A stretch of DNA of 64,000 bases from Clostridiaceae bacterium (GTDB taxonomy: Bacteria > Bacillota > Clostridia > Saccharofermentanales > DTU023). Position numbers and translations under genes: made by a program. The notes beneath the pieces are model-generated. The model was not told the origin of the DNA and made no database searches. It saw only the letters and a list, made by a program, of their open reading frames with translations. Below are positions 26,169 through 36,372 of the stretch, one piece after another (positions within the stretch are counted from its first letter, which is position 1; each line of letters starts with the position of its first letter). The stretch spans positions 22,498-86,497 of the forward strand of contig DUPV01000060.1 of NCBI GenBank assembly GCA_012838135.1. Reading direction: 5' to 3'.

Positions 26169-27410
26169 TTAATGGAAGAAATCTTCATTCAAATTGGGAT
26201 ATTCGCAAGTCATACTTGCCTCGGCAAGTATGTGCCCCTTAATAGCAGCATCAAATTCCTCTTTCGTAAATCCATTCTGTAAGTCGAGCATGGTGTCCAA
26301 TGCATAGGCGGTAATGACATAAGTGTGCGTCTTGTCAGGTGGAGTTGGACCGCCGTAGCCGATGGTTCCGAAATCGTTTGTTCCCTGGATCAATTGTGCA
26401 GCTCTTAGTTTGCTGGCGTTCTCGGGAAGATCGACGGTTTCAAGATTTACGACCATCCAGTGTACCCATTCATATCCTGCAATCGGTACAGAATCCGGGT
26501 CGGTCATCAGAATGGCAAATGATACTGTGTCTGCCGGTGCAAATTCTACCAACAGGGGCATTGAGCATGTCGGAACATCCCCATCCTTCTGTTCACCGAA
26601 CATTCCATGTTGCGGGAAGAGTTGTCCGTCCATAAGATTATCACTGCTTACAGTCATTTCGATTTCATTGTTGGCATATTTTAAAGCGCAGTTTACGGCA
26701 TCCAATATAGGAAAGCTTCCATCAATATATTTGTCGTCCTTATGATAGGTAACTAAGCCTTGGGGGCGACTTCCGGTAAAAAAATCAAAAAATGTTTTGC
26801 CGGTATCCGTATACAGACAGGAAACCTGAATTTCCCACTGGATGATGCTTAACTTCCCCTGAGTTGAAACAAGATTAGGGCTGGCGATGATTTCAATGAG
26901 CTTGTCATAGTTGCGCAGGCTGTCCGGAATCTTTTCATCAGGCAGCTGTGCCATGACATCCAGTAGAATACCGGAGTGTTCTTTTATGGAATCATAATCA
27001 CCGAACTGGGTATAAGAGATCATAACTTTATCGGAGCCTGTCGGTTGAGCATTGGCAGGCAGATTCACCTTAAAGAGCGTTCCGGTGTGAAATGCTCTAA
27101 AATCCTCAGGATTTACAATTCCCAGGTGATTCTCTGTCTTATAGTCCGCAAAAAATGCGCCGAACGTACCGGGATCTGCTTGAACCCGATCCAATCCGTC
27201 TGCTATAAATTCATCGCTGACGTAGCCTTCCTGATCTGCCGGAGTAGCTGGTGCATCTGTAGGCTCAGCCGGCTGAGCTGCCGGCTCTGTCATAGCAGAA
27301 CTGCCCGGAGCTGATACATTGTTTGGTACAGAAGACTTCTTAGATGCACAAGAACAAACTGTAAGCATTAAAAATATGATTATAAGTATACTTGATATTT
27401 TTTGTTTCAT
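26169..27410 (-). CDS. Lipoprotein with C-terminal YbhB/YbcL (PEBP) family domain
   Basis: Start at MKQK follows GAGAGG. Lipobox LTVCSC. C-terminal YGGPTPPDKTHTYVITAYALD is the bacterial PEBP signature. Confidence 0.7.
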   Translation of the reverse strand: MKQKISSILIIIFLMLTVCSCASKKSSVPNNVSAPGSSAMTEPAAQPAEPTDAPATPADQEGYVSDEFIADGLDRVQADPGTFGAFFADYKTENHLGIVNPEDFRAFHTGTLFKVNLPANAQPTGSDKVMISYTQFGDYDSIKEHSGILLDVMAQLPDEKIPDSLRNYDKLIEIIASPNLVSTQGKLSIIQWEIQVSCLYTDTGKTFFDFFTGSRPQGLVTYHKDDKYIDGSFPILDAVNCALKYANNEIEMTVSSDNLMDGQLFPQHGMFGEQKDGDVPTCSMPLLVEFAPADTVSFAILMTDPDSVPIAGYEWVHWMVVNLETVDLPENASKLRAAQLIQGTNDFGTIGYGGPTPPDKTHTYVITAYALDTMLDLQNGFTKEEFDAAIKGHILAEASMTCEYPNLNEDFFH

Positions 27411-27595
27411 TTTCACACCTCTCGTGTCATTCTTTAAAATAGAAAAGATCATCTTTTCACTATCAAATAAATTTTACCAGGGAGTATGCCTTTAGCAATA
27501 CCTTGGAATCGTCTTGCTGCAACAATACCATGGTTTGGGGTCTTCATTATTATTTTAAAAGCCCGTCCTTCTTCAATTGTATGCTATCTGCATAC

Positions 27596-27629
27596 AATTA
27601 AAAAAGCCTTTAGAACGAATTCTAAAGGC
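27596..27629 (-). terminator. Rho-independent terminator (minus strand)
   Basis: gcctttagaa / ttctaaaggc forms a 10 bp stem with loop cgaa. A T5 run follows on the minus strand. Confidence 0.7.
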
Positions 27630-27673
27630 AACAAATTGTAAAATTGGGATTTCTAATATGGGATTAATACTAT

Positions 27674-28333
27674 TTATTCCAATTCGACAATTTCATTTTT
27701 GTTTTTGTAAATTTTATTCGGTTCAATGACGCCTCTGACCATTGAGAGCGGATAGATTACTGCATTTCTGCCGATGATAACTCCCGGATTAAGCACTGCA
27801 TTGCAACCGACTTCGACATGATCACCGATGATCGCACCGAATTTTTTCAAGCCGGTTTCAAATTTTTGATTTTGATAATTTATTACTACATTCTTGCGAT
27901 CAGATTTAATGTTTGAAGTGATTGATCCGGCACCGAGATGACTATATGGGGCAAGAATTGAGTCACCAACATAATTAAAATGAGGAGCTTCCACATGAGA
28001 AATTAAAATACAGTTTTTTAATTCGGTTGAATTCCCTACTACACAGGAATCTCCGACAATAACGCTACCTCTGATAAATGCATTATGTCTGATTTCATTG
28101 TCAGGTCCAATGATCAGTGGTCCGTTGAGTAAAGCAGATTCTGTTATTTTTGCAGTATGGTGAACCCAAATGTCATCTTTGATTTGTTTGTATTCTGATT
28201 CCGGCAAAGTAGGTCCTAAGTCTAGAATATATTGATTAATCAGGGGGAGAGCCTGCCAAGGATATTCTACTTGTTCTAATAATTTTTCCGCTAGGGTTCC
28301 CTGGTATGAAATTAAATTTTTAGTTTTTAGCAT
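27674..28333 (-). CDS. Left-handed beta-helix (hexapeptide-repeat) transferase-like protein
   Basis: Repeated [LIV]G-x4 hexapeptide pattern (IRGSVIVGDSCVVGNSTELKNCIL, IGDHVEVGCNAVLNPGVIIG). Confidence 0.6.
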   Translation of the reverse strand: MLKTKNLISYQGTLAEKLLEQVEYPWQALPLINQYILDLGPTLPESEYKQIKDDIWVHHTAKITESALLNGPLIIGPDNEIRHNAFIRGSVIVGDSCVVGNSTELKNCILISHVEAPHFNYVGDSILAPYSHLGAGSITSNIKSDRKNVVINYQNQKFETGLKKFGAIIGDHVEVGCNAVLNPGVIIGRNAVIYPLSMVRGVIEPNKIYKNKNEIVELE

Positions 28334-28462
28334 AATTCACTCCGTATTCTTAATTGAAATTATTAAATCTAAGTTTTTATATTTTAATTGTCAGTTTTTA
28401 AAAAAATATTTTTTCTTTAAAATCAGAATGGCACTAATGACACTCTAATATATTTAAATCAA

Positions 28463-29239
28463 TTATTTAAATAAGTCAAAAGGTTTTTGCTTCGGTTGAC
28501 TTTTAAAAATGCACATCTCATTTTTGGTAGGATGTTTGAATTGTAAAAATGAAGCATATAGAGCCGGTCCGTCCGTATTACGATCTAAATCGGTAATTTT
28601 GCCGTATAACCTGTCACCGACCAAAGGATTTTTATGGGCTTTCATTTGTGCTCTGATCTGATGACTGCGTCCGGTTTTCAAGTCAACCTCAACTAGGCTG
28701 ATATCGACCTTGGGCAAATAATCTTGCAATTGATAACTTAACTCACATTTCTGATATTTCGTTTGATGTGATTTGTCAGGTTGATTTGTCACGATATATT
28801 TTCCCTGAATTTTATTACGTGAAATATAATCAGACCAAATAGCATTTTTCGCTTCAGGTTGTCCATGGATTACCGCTGCATATTTTCTGACGAATCGATG
28901 TTCTCTGATTTGAACGGATAACCTTGAAGCTGATTTTGAAGTTTTGGCGAAAACCATTAAACCGCCGACCGGACGATCTAAACGATGGACCAAGCCCAGC
29001 CAGGCATCACCGGGTTTATTATATTTAACACGCAGATATTCTTTGACTATATTGAGGAGATCGGGATCTCCGCTATGATCTTCTTGTGATAGTAAACCGA
29101 CCGGTTTTTCTACAACAATTAAATGATTGTCTTCGAAAACAATTGGTATGTTATATTCTTTATTTTTATAAATTATTTTTGTCATATTTTCCCTTTTGAC
29201 TATTGACCATTGATGAGACTCGGCATTATTGTCAAGCAT
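28463..29239 (-). CDS. RluA-family pseudouridine synthase
   Basis: Catalytic motif HRLDRPVGG, plus GRSHQIR. The start may be the internal MTKIIY (29185). Confidence 0.8.
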   Translation of the reverse strand: MLDNNAESHQWSIVKRENMTKIIYKNKEYNIPIVFEDNHLIVVEKPVGLLSQEDHSGDPDLLNIVKEYLRVKYNKPGDAWLGLVHRLDRPVGGLMVFAKTSKSASRLSVQIREHRFVRKYAAVIHGQPEAKNAIWSDYISRNKIQGKYIVTNQPDKSHQTKYQKCELSYQLQDYLPKVDISLVEVDLKTGRSHQIRAQMKAHKNPLVGDRLYGKITDLDRNTDGPALYASFLQFKHPTKNEMCIFKSQPKQKPFDLFK

Positions 29240-29366
29240 GAAATATCTATAATATTATCATTTAAAAACCGGTTTTTCTTGAGAATATATAATGTACTAA
29301 CAATTAAACAAAGAATCATATAAATAATTGTAAAAATTAGCTATAATGTAAAAAACATATAGAAAT

Positions 29367-30740
29367 ATGAGAGATATGGGAAAAGCACAACTTGAACGAA
29401 ATCAACAAAGACTGAATGATAAAAAACAAATTAAATCTAATTTGAGTGAAAATTCAGATTCAGATGTGTATATCAAATACAATTGGTTAATCTGCTTGAC
29501 AATGTTTTCAGTATTCATGATTTTGGGATTTGTTCTGGATACCCCAAGTAATTTATGGCGTGGAATTACCCGGATTCTTTTGTCTTCTTCAATATTAACT
29601 ACAGACTATCTAGCGGTTGGCGGAGTCGGTGCAGCTTTAATCCACAATGCTTGTTTTATGCTTTTGCTTTTGGTGATAGTTTTGCTTAGCAGAACAAAAT
29701 TAACCGGAATAATTATGGTGCATATTTTTATGCCGGTAGGTTTTGCTTTTTTCGGAATGAATATTTTAAACATTTTGCCATTTATTCTAGGTGTCTATTT
29801 ATATGCTAAACGACAAAAACAATCATTTAGTGATTATATCATCAATGCTTATAATTTCGGATCTCTGGGACCTATAGTCAGTTTTATCGCTTTACACAGC
29901 GGATTGCCGCTTTATTTTTCGATCCCTTTGGCCATTATGTGCGGTACGATGATCGGATTTTTCGGCGTTCCTTTTGCTGCGAACTGTTTTAAGCTACATC
30001 AAGGATTTACTTTATATAATACGGGATTTACCGGAGGTTTTATCGGGATCTTGATTTTTGCGCTCTTAAGTGTTTTTAAGATTGAGGTAATTAGGCCGAA
30101 TATCTTAATTGAGCGAACCTCTTTGCCTCTTGCTGTTTTTTTAATTACTTATTCTGTTTGTATTCTTTTTCTGGGAATTTTTCTTACCCGAAAAAACGGT
30201 TCTTCTGATTCGAAAAAATCAAAATCGTATTACAAGCTTCTTAAATGCACCGGATATAATGAAATTATTTACGAGTCTTACGGAGCAGAAACGACCTATA
30301 TCAATATGGGAATAATGGGTTTGTTGGCAATCGGGTTTGCTTTATTAATGGGAGTAACTCTAACCGGACCGATTCTGGCAGGTATCCTATCTGTAATAGG
30401 CTATGCGGCACTCGGGAAGCAGCCATTCAACACTATTCCAATTATAACCGGAGTGACTTTAAGCGGATTGGTGGCGGGTGCTGATTTATCAAGTACAGGT
30501 TTTGTAATGACAGGACTTTTCAGTACTGCTCTGGCACCGGTGACAGGTAAGTTCGGCTTAATTCCGGGTGTGGTTGCCGGTTTTGTACATTATGCCATTG
30601 CCAGAATGACTTCGGATTTTCATGGCGGATTTGTTTTATATAATAACGGATTTACCAGTGGTATAGTTGCCATTTTGTTAATAAGTATTCTGATGAATTT
30701 ACCGCAAAACATCTTTCGCAGAAATAATACAAATTCTTAA
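29367..30740 (+). CDS. DUF1576-like polytopic membrane protein
   Basis: About 11 TM helices. TPSNLWRGITRILLSSSILTTDY and HQGFTLYNTGFTGG resemble DUF1576 signatures recalled from memory. Confidence 0.55.
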   Translation: MRDMGKAQLERNQQRLNDKKQIKSNLSENSDSDVYIKYNWLICLTMFSVFMILGFVLDTPSNLWRGITRILLSSSILTTDYLAVGGVGAALIHNACFMLLLLVIVLLSRTKLTGIIMVHIFMPVGFAFFGMNILNILPFILGVYLYAKRQKQSFSDYIINAYNFGSLGPIVSFIALHSGLPLYFSIPLAIMCGTMIGFFGVPFAANCFKLHQGFTLYNTGFTGGFIGILIFALLSVFKIEVIRPNILIERTSLPLAVFLITYSVCILFLGIFLTRKNGSSDSKKSKSYYKLLKCTGYNEIIYESYGAETTYINMGIMGLLAIGFALLMGVTLTGPILAGILSVIGYAALGKQPFNTIPIITGVTLSGLVAGADLSSTGFVMTGLFSTALAPVTGKFGLIPGVVAGFVHYAIARMTSDFHGGFVLYNNGFTSGIVAILLISILMNLPQNIFRRNNTNS

Positions 30741-30974
30741 TAAAAACAACATTTTTTCCTGTTAGATTAGTAAATATTATATTTAAACGTGTTTTATTAA
30801 TTAAAATCTGTTTATTATGGTTTACGATTAATACTGTCAATTTATCTTTAAAGTGAAGTATAAATTGATATGAGTATTAATAGAGAGAAAAATTTTTACT
30901 TAACTTAATATAATAAAAATTGCAGAAAGAACAAACTATACTTAATAAAAGAAAAGATATATTAGGAGAAAAAA

Positions 30975-31724
30975 ATGTCAGAAAGAAATAGAAAATTTGT
31001 ACCGGAAGTTAAATCCAGTTTAAGAGATGATTCTATAATTATTACACCTTCGGTCATCCGCAATTCAAGTGGAATAAAAGTATATAATCGGAGAATTAAA
31101 TCATTTATTTTTACGACTGATGTTGCGACTATCACATATTCCGATGCAGATGCCATTATGGCGGTTTATCCTCAAACACCGCATCCGTCAATTATTGAAG
31201 CAATTACTGCTGTGGCAAGTCAGCCGGTTTTTGCCGGTGTCGGTGGCGGAACGACAGGTGGTAAGCGTAGTGCATATGTTGCCGAATTTGCCGAAGCAAG
31301 AGGTGCAATGGGGATCGTAGTTAATTCTCCGACTACAATATCGACTATTCGTTTACTGGAGAATTCGGTAGAGTGCCCGATTGTTGCAACTATTGTTTCT
31401 CATTATGATGATATTGAAAGCAAATTAAACGCCGGAGCTGATATTTTGAATGTTGCAAATGGTAAAGAAACTGCAGCACTTGTAAAATGGCTTCGCGAGC
31501 GTTATCCGGAAGTTCCGATTATAGCTACCGGTGGTCCGACCGATGAAACGATTCAAGAAGCGATTGATGCCGGGGCTAATGCTATCAGCTGGACTCCGCC
31601 GACTAATGCTGAACTGTTCAAAAACAAAATGGTCAAGTACAGAATAGAGAAACGTCAGACTTTCATGGATAATCATGGAGGCATGACAATGAATGAATAT
31701 GAAAATAGAAATTTCGAACATTAA
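30975..31724 (+). CDS. Putative TIM-barrel protein of unknown function
   Basis: Alternating beta/alpha pattern with GVGGGTTGG and IIATGGPTDETI phosphate-binding-like loops. Family not recognised. Confidence 0.4.
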   Translation: MSERNRKFVPEVKSSLRDDSIIITPSVIRNSSGIKVYNRRIKSFIFTTDVATITYSDADAIMAVYPQTPHPSIIEAITAVASQPVFAGVGGGTTGGKRSAYVAEFAEARGAMGIVVNSPTTISTIRLLENSVECPIVATIVSHYDDIESKLNAGADILNVANGKETAALVKWLRERYPEVPIIATGGPTDETIQEAIDAGANAISWTPPTNAELFKNKMVKYRIEKRQTFMDNHGGMTMNEYENRNFEH

Positions 31725-32032
31725 TTAATACGGTTATTATTTGTAATAATCAGATTTTTGTTTTATCTTAACTATATTGAATTGATGTTTTATAAGAAAT
31801 CTGTTACTTATAATTGATCAAGCTTATTAGAAGAACAGCAAGGGCAAATGAGATTCAATGATAAGTTATTTGAGATACTTTTCATGAAATCTGAATTGTC
31901 CTTTCTCAGAGGTAGAGATTATTTCTTCAGACATTCTGCCGGAGGCTTTTCAAACAGAGGCTTTTCAAATTTTTTCAGATCTCTTTTTAATTTTTGAGTT
32001 TACAAAACAACATAGCGAGCCGGGAGGAGAGT

Positions 32033-32728
32033 ATGGGCAATATACCACTAATTTTAATCAGCGATGATGATCCTGTTGTACATGAAGCTTTAAGTATTTA
32101 CTTAGATGAAGAAAACTATCAATATATTTCAGTTTATGATGGTGAAGCAGCATTGACAGCATTTAAAGAAAAACAACCTGACTTAATTATTTTGGATTTA
32201 ATGATGCCTAAAATGTCAGGAATGGATGTTTGCAAAGAAATCAGGAAATCAAGCAATGTACCGATTATTATATTGACCGCTAAAGGTGAAGAAATTGATC
32301 GGATTTTGGGATTGGAGCTCGGTGCTGATGACTATATAGTAAAACCTTTCAGTCCACGCGAAGTAGTAGCCAGGATCAAAGCCGTTTTACGCAGAGCCAA
32401 TGATCCGGAAAGTGGTAAATCTTCCTCGATTTTGCGTTTTGACGGATTGGAAATTAATATCGATAATTATGAAGTGTTAGTTGACGGTGTTCCGGTAGCA
32501 TGTACGCCGAAAGAAGTTGAAATATTGCATCTTTTAGCTGCTAATCCGGGTCAGGTTATGGACCGCGAACAAATACTATCTAAAGTTTGGGGTTATGATT
32601 ATTTTGGTGATACCAGGACTGTGGATACCCATATTAAAAGAATCAGACAAAAAATTGACAGTGATAATCACAAATATGCATTGCTTACGGTCTATGGTGT
32701 AGGTTACAAATTCGAACCGGGTCAATAA
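32033..32728 (+). CDS. OmpR/PhoB-family response regulator (WalR/PhoP-like)
   Basis: ATG follows GGGAGGAG. Shows DLIILDLMMP, LTAKGEEIDRILGLELGADDYIVKPF and a winged-helix C-terminus. Confidence 0.9.
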   Translation: MGNIPLILISDDDPVVHEALSIYLDEENYQYISVYDGEAALTAFKEKQPDLIILDLMMPKMSGMDVCKEIRKSSNVPIIILTAKGEEIDRILGLELGADDYIVKPFSPREVVARIKAVLRRANDPESGKSSSILRFDGLEINIDNYEVLVDGVPVACTPKEVEILHLLAANPGQVMDREQILSKVWGYDYFGDTRTVDTHIKRIRQKIDSDNHKYALLTVYGVGYKFEPGQ

Positions 32729-32749
32729 ACAATTGATTAGCGAATCTTT

Positions 32750-34600
32750 ATGCAGAAAAATTTTATTTTACGTCGAATTTTATTTTTGTTGCTTTTGGCT
32801 ATTGTTTTATGGTCTATTTTAACCAGCATCGTATATCTGAGAATCGCCCGTCCGATTTTTCGCAATTTAAAATCCGAAGATCTATATGATCAAGCCAGAA
32901 TAATTTCTTACGTGGCATCCAAAGGAGATAAAATTATTACCGATGATGTCATTCAGCTTTTGACTTTGTCGATTCAATTTTATGAATCCGGCGTATTTAT
33001 TTCTGATGAAACCGGAATGAATTTAATCAGTAATTATCCTCAGGATATAGCGGACTATTATTTGGACGGTATAGATCATGAATTCAATCATTTTGTTAAT
33101 GATATTTTGTCATTGCAGTCACGCCAATCAATGATTATTTTTTCGAAAAATTTAAATAAAGATTTGATTTTTGTCGGTGTACCGATTATTAAAACGATTG
33201 CAAATAAGAGCTATCTGATGGGTTCAGTTGTCATAATGCAAACAGTTGATGAACTTCAAGCGAGTTACTCAAGCCTGAACTCGGCACTTCTGATTTCGAC
33301 GATTATTGTCGGCTTATTAGTTGCAATTCCGATTGTATTCTTTGCAGGTAAAGTGGTACAACCTTTGACTGAAATGCGAGAAGCGGCATCTGCAATGGTT
33401 AAAGGCGATTTTTCACAAAGGCTGGAACCGATGGAAGAAGATAATGAAATTTCCTATCTGATCAATGCCTTTAACCATTTAGCAAGTGAGCTGGATTCCA
33501 ATATCTCAAAACTGACCAATGAGCGTAATCAATTACAACATATTATTGATGGTATTGCCGAAGGTATTATTGCAGTTAACAGTGACGGTAAAGTCACCCA
33601 AAATAATGATATGGTTTGGCATTTATTCCACCAAAATACACGACTTTACACTTCTGATGAATTGTTGAAAATCACCGGTTTAGATAAATTATTTAAAATT
33701 TGTTTAAATGAACAAAGAATTGTTATCGAAATTAAGGAGTCAGGTAACGATTTAATTAATTGTTTGATCTCTCCTTTGCTGGATCAGGAAAATGTTCTCT
33801 ACGGAGCGGTCGGTCTGTTCAGAGATGTTACCGAATCGGAAAAACTGGAAGAAACCAGGCGTGAATATGTTGCCAATGTATCCCATGAATTGAGAACTCC
33901 GATTACTGCAATGCGCGGATTACTTGAACCGTTGAATGATGGTCTGGTCAAAAATGAAGAAAATCAACAAAAATATTATGCGATTTTATTACGTGAAACC
34001 AAGCGTTTATCAGATTTGATTGATGATATGCTTGAATTGTCACGCATCCAAACTTCAGAAAAAATTATCAACTTGGAACCGGTATATTTGAAAAACGACC
34101 TGCTTGATTTGGCGGTTCGTTTTGAGGTTTTGGCAGATCAAAAACAGGTTACTTTTGAAATACAGGATTCGAAAGAACAATGGTCAACGGTTTGGGGCAA
34201 AGCGGATCGGATAATTCAAATTCTTTCGGCAATTATGGAGAATGCTGTTAAATTTACTCCGGAAGGCGGTAAGATTGTGATGTCGGTTGCTGAAGATGAA
34301 ACCGGCTTAACCGTATCAATCACCGATAACGGACCGGGTATTTCGATTGAAGACTTGCCTCATGTTTTTGAAAGATTTTATAAAGCCGATAAAGCGCATA
34401 ATGAGCGTGGAACAGGACTTGGTTTATCAATTGCTGCTGAGTTAGCCGAACAGATGGGACATACTTTGGAGGTGACCAGTGCAGAGGGAAAAGGCTCAAC
34501 TTTTTCACTTACGATGCCGTTTGCCAGAGATGTTATGAAATCGGAACCGCATCTTAAAGATGTTTATGAAAGTGATTTTGATCACGAAGAACAGATGTGA
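32750..34600 (+). CDS. Sensor histidine kinase (2 TM, HAMP, PAS, HisKA, HATPase)
   Basis: H-box VSHELRTPIT and G-box GTGLGLSI. Domain order is WalK-like. Confidence 0.85.
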   Translation: MQKNFILRRILFLLLLAIVLWSILTSIVYLRIARPIFRNLKSEDLYDQARIISYVASKGDKIITDDVIQLLTLSIQFYESGVFISDETGMNLISNYPQDIADYYLDGIDHEFNHFVNDILSLQSRQSMIIFSKNLNKDLIFVGVPIIKTIANKSYLMGSVVIMQTVDELQASYSSLNSALLISTIIVGLLVAIPIVFFAGKVVQPLTEMREAASAMVKGDFSQRLEPMEEDNEISYLINAFNHLASELDSNISKLTNERNQLQHIIDGIAEGIIAVNSDGKVTQNNDMVWHLFHQNTRLYTSDELLKITGLDKLFKICLNEQRIVIEIKESGNDLINCLISPLLDQENVLYGAVGLFRDVTESEKLEETRREYVANVSHELRTPITAMRGLLEPLNDGLVKNEENQQKYYAILLRETKRLSDLIDDMLELSRIQTSEKIINLEPVYLKNDLLDLAVRFEVLADQKQVTFEIQDSKEQWSTVWGKADRIIQILSAIMENAVKFTPEGGKIVMSVAEDETGLTVSITDNGPGISIEDLPHVFERFYKADKAHNERGTGLGLSIAAELAEQMGHTLEVTSAEGKGSTFSLTMPFARDVMKSEPHLKDVYESDFDHEEQM

Positions 34601-34661
34601 TGTTCAAAGATGATTTTAAATTTAAATATGAAGATAAGATGCTTATAATGTGATTTAGATC

Positions 34662-35375
34662 ATGAAAAACAATGGTATTCGTTTAAATAAATATATTGCG
34701 TCTGCCGGATATTGCAGCCGCCGTCAAGCTGATCGGTTAATTGCAGAGAATAAAGTTCTTCTGAATGGAGCAATTGCTGAATTGGGAACAATCGTTATGC
34801 CTGGTGATACAGTTGAAATAGAAGGCAAATTGATTGTTGCGCAAACTGAGGAAGATTTAATTTATTTAGCATTTAACAAACCTCAAGGTATAGTGTGTAC
34901 TGCCAATCCTAAAGCAAAAAATAATATTATTGATTTTATTGATTATCCGCAAAGAATTTTCACAATCGGACGTTTGGATAAGGATTCAGAAGGATTAATT
35001 CTTTTAACTAATGATGGTTCGATTTTTAATAAGATTGTCAGAGCTGAAAATCAAAATGAAAAAGAATATATTGTGGAATTAAATCGTCCTTATAACCGGT
35101 CTTTTGTTGAGTCCATGGAAAAAGGAGTGCAAATTTCGGATCAGATGACCAATCCGACCCAAGTTAAACCATTGAGCAATACAAAATTCAAACTGATTTT
35201 AACACAAGGTTTAAATCGACAGATTCGTCGCATGTGTGATGCACTTGGTTATCGGGTAATATTTTTGCAAAGAATTCGAATTATGAACATAACTTTGGGC
35301 AAATTGTCACACGGTATGTATCGAAAACTTTCACAACCTGAATTACGAGATTTATTTGAACTTTTAAATAAGTAA
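34662..35375 (+). CDS. RsuA/RluB/RluF-family pseudouridine synthase with S4 domain
   Basis: S4 domain RLNKYIASAGYCSRRQADRLI and catalytic motif GRLDKDSEGL. Confidence 0.85.
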   Translation: MKNNGIRLNKYIASAGYCSRRQADRLIAENKVLLNGAIAELGTIVMPGDTVEIEGKLIVAQTEEDLIYLAFNKPQGIVCTANPKAKNNIIDFIDYPQRIFTIGRLDKDSEGLILLTNDGSIFNKIVRAENQNEKEYIVELNRPYNRSFVESMEKGVQISDQMTNPTQVKPLSNTKFKLILTQGLNRQIRRMCDALGYRVIFLQRIRIMNITLGKLSHGMYRKLSQPELRDLFELLNK

Positions 35376-35478
35376 GTAATTTGCTTATTTTGGATATTTG
35401 CTTAAACTTTTAATAGAAGTTAAATGGCTATGGCAATAAGACAGGATACACGGTATTTCAGATTAGACAGGGGGAAAA

Positions 35479-36348
35479 ATGCGAAAAACAAAATTTTTCT
35501 TAGGAGTTATATTAAGTTTTAGCCTGCTGACGAGTCTGGCAGGTTGTGGTTACAGCTCTGATCAAAGTACTAACTTTGAAAAACAATCAACGATTGTTTC
35601 TGAAAATGAGATAACAGATCGAATTGAATCGGATCAACCGGCAGACCGAAAATCCGATATTCAAGCAGAGCAATCTTCTGAAAAAACAGCAAATGTAGAG
35701 AAAAAATCAAAACAAGATAATACGATTAATGCAAATTCAGAATCAAATCCAAATTCAAATTCAGCAGACACTTCAGAGAAAACAAATGGCACAACCCGGA
35801 ACCGTTCAACTGCCGATACGACGTCAAAAGAGAACTCATCCGATACAGGATCGACTCATCTGAGCACAACATCAAGTAACCGGACTTCCAATGTACCGAC
35901 TGAACCGGCAATTCAAACTGAAGCAACTTCTACAGCAACAACTCCGGTAGCAACAACGAGTCCGCCGACAACGACAGAAGCTGTTCCTGATACAATTCGG
36001 GTACAAATCAGTGTGGACTGTATCAATGCGTATAAAGCCGGCAATGAGATAGCACAGGCGATTTCTTCTGAGGGTTGGATTCTGGGTGCAACGGTCTATG
36101 AAATGCCGAAAAATTCGACTGCCTACGATTTATTAATGGCTACCGGTCTGGTTATAGGTTCAACTTCAACAAACCTCGGTGTATATGTTTATTCGATTCA
36201 GTCTTTAGCGGAATTTGCTTTAGGCGGAAGCAGCGGCTGGATCTATACTGTAAATGGCTCAATGCCTTCAGTTGGAGTTGATTCCTACATTCTGCAGCCG
36301 GGAGACATTGTGCGTTTCAGCTATACGATTGAATTAGGGGATATTTGA
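35479..36348 (+). CDS. Lipoprotein with S/T-rich stalk and C-terminal DUF4430 (transcobalamin-like) domain
   Basis: Lipobox LAGC, a long S/T/N-rich linker, and C-terminal GWIYTVNGSMPSVGVDSYILQPGDIVRFSYT. Confidence 0.7.
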   Translation: MRKTKFFLGVILSFSLLTSLAGCGYSSDQSTNFEKQSTIVSENEITDRIESDQPADRKSDIQAEQSSEKTANVEKKSKQDNTINANSESNPNSNSADTSEKTNGTTRNRSTADTTSKENSSDTGSTHLSTTSSNRTSNVPTEPAIQTEATSTATTPVATTSPPTTTEAVPDTIRVQISVDCINAYKAGNEIAQAISSEGWILGATVYEMPKNSTAYDLLMATGLVIGSTSTNLGVYVYSIQSLAEFALGGSSGWIYTVNGSMPSVGVDSYILQPGDIVRFSYTIELGDI

Positions 36349-36372
36349 TGTAAAGCACATAGGAGATGTCTG

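Noticed and set aside
35376-35478. Cobalamin riboswitch upstream of the DUF4430/ECF cluster
   Set aside because: Only ~100 nt are available and no B12-box-like sequence was seen, which is too short for the ~200 nt aptamer. A covariance-model search would be needed to exclude it fully.
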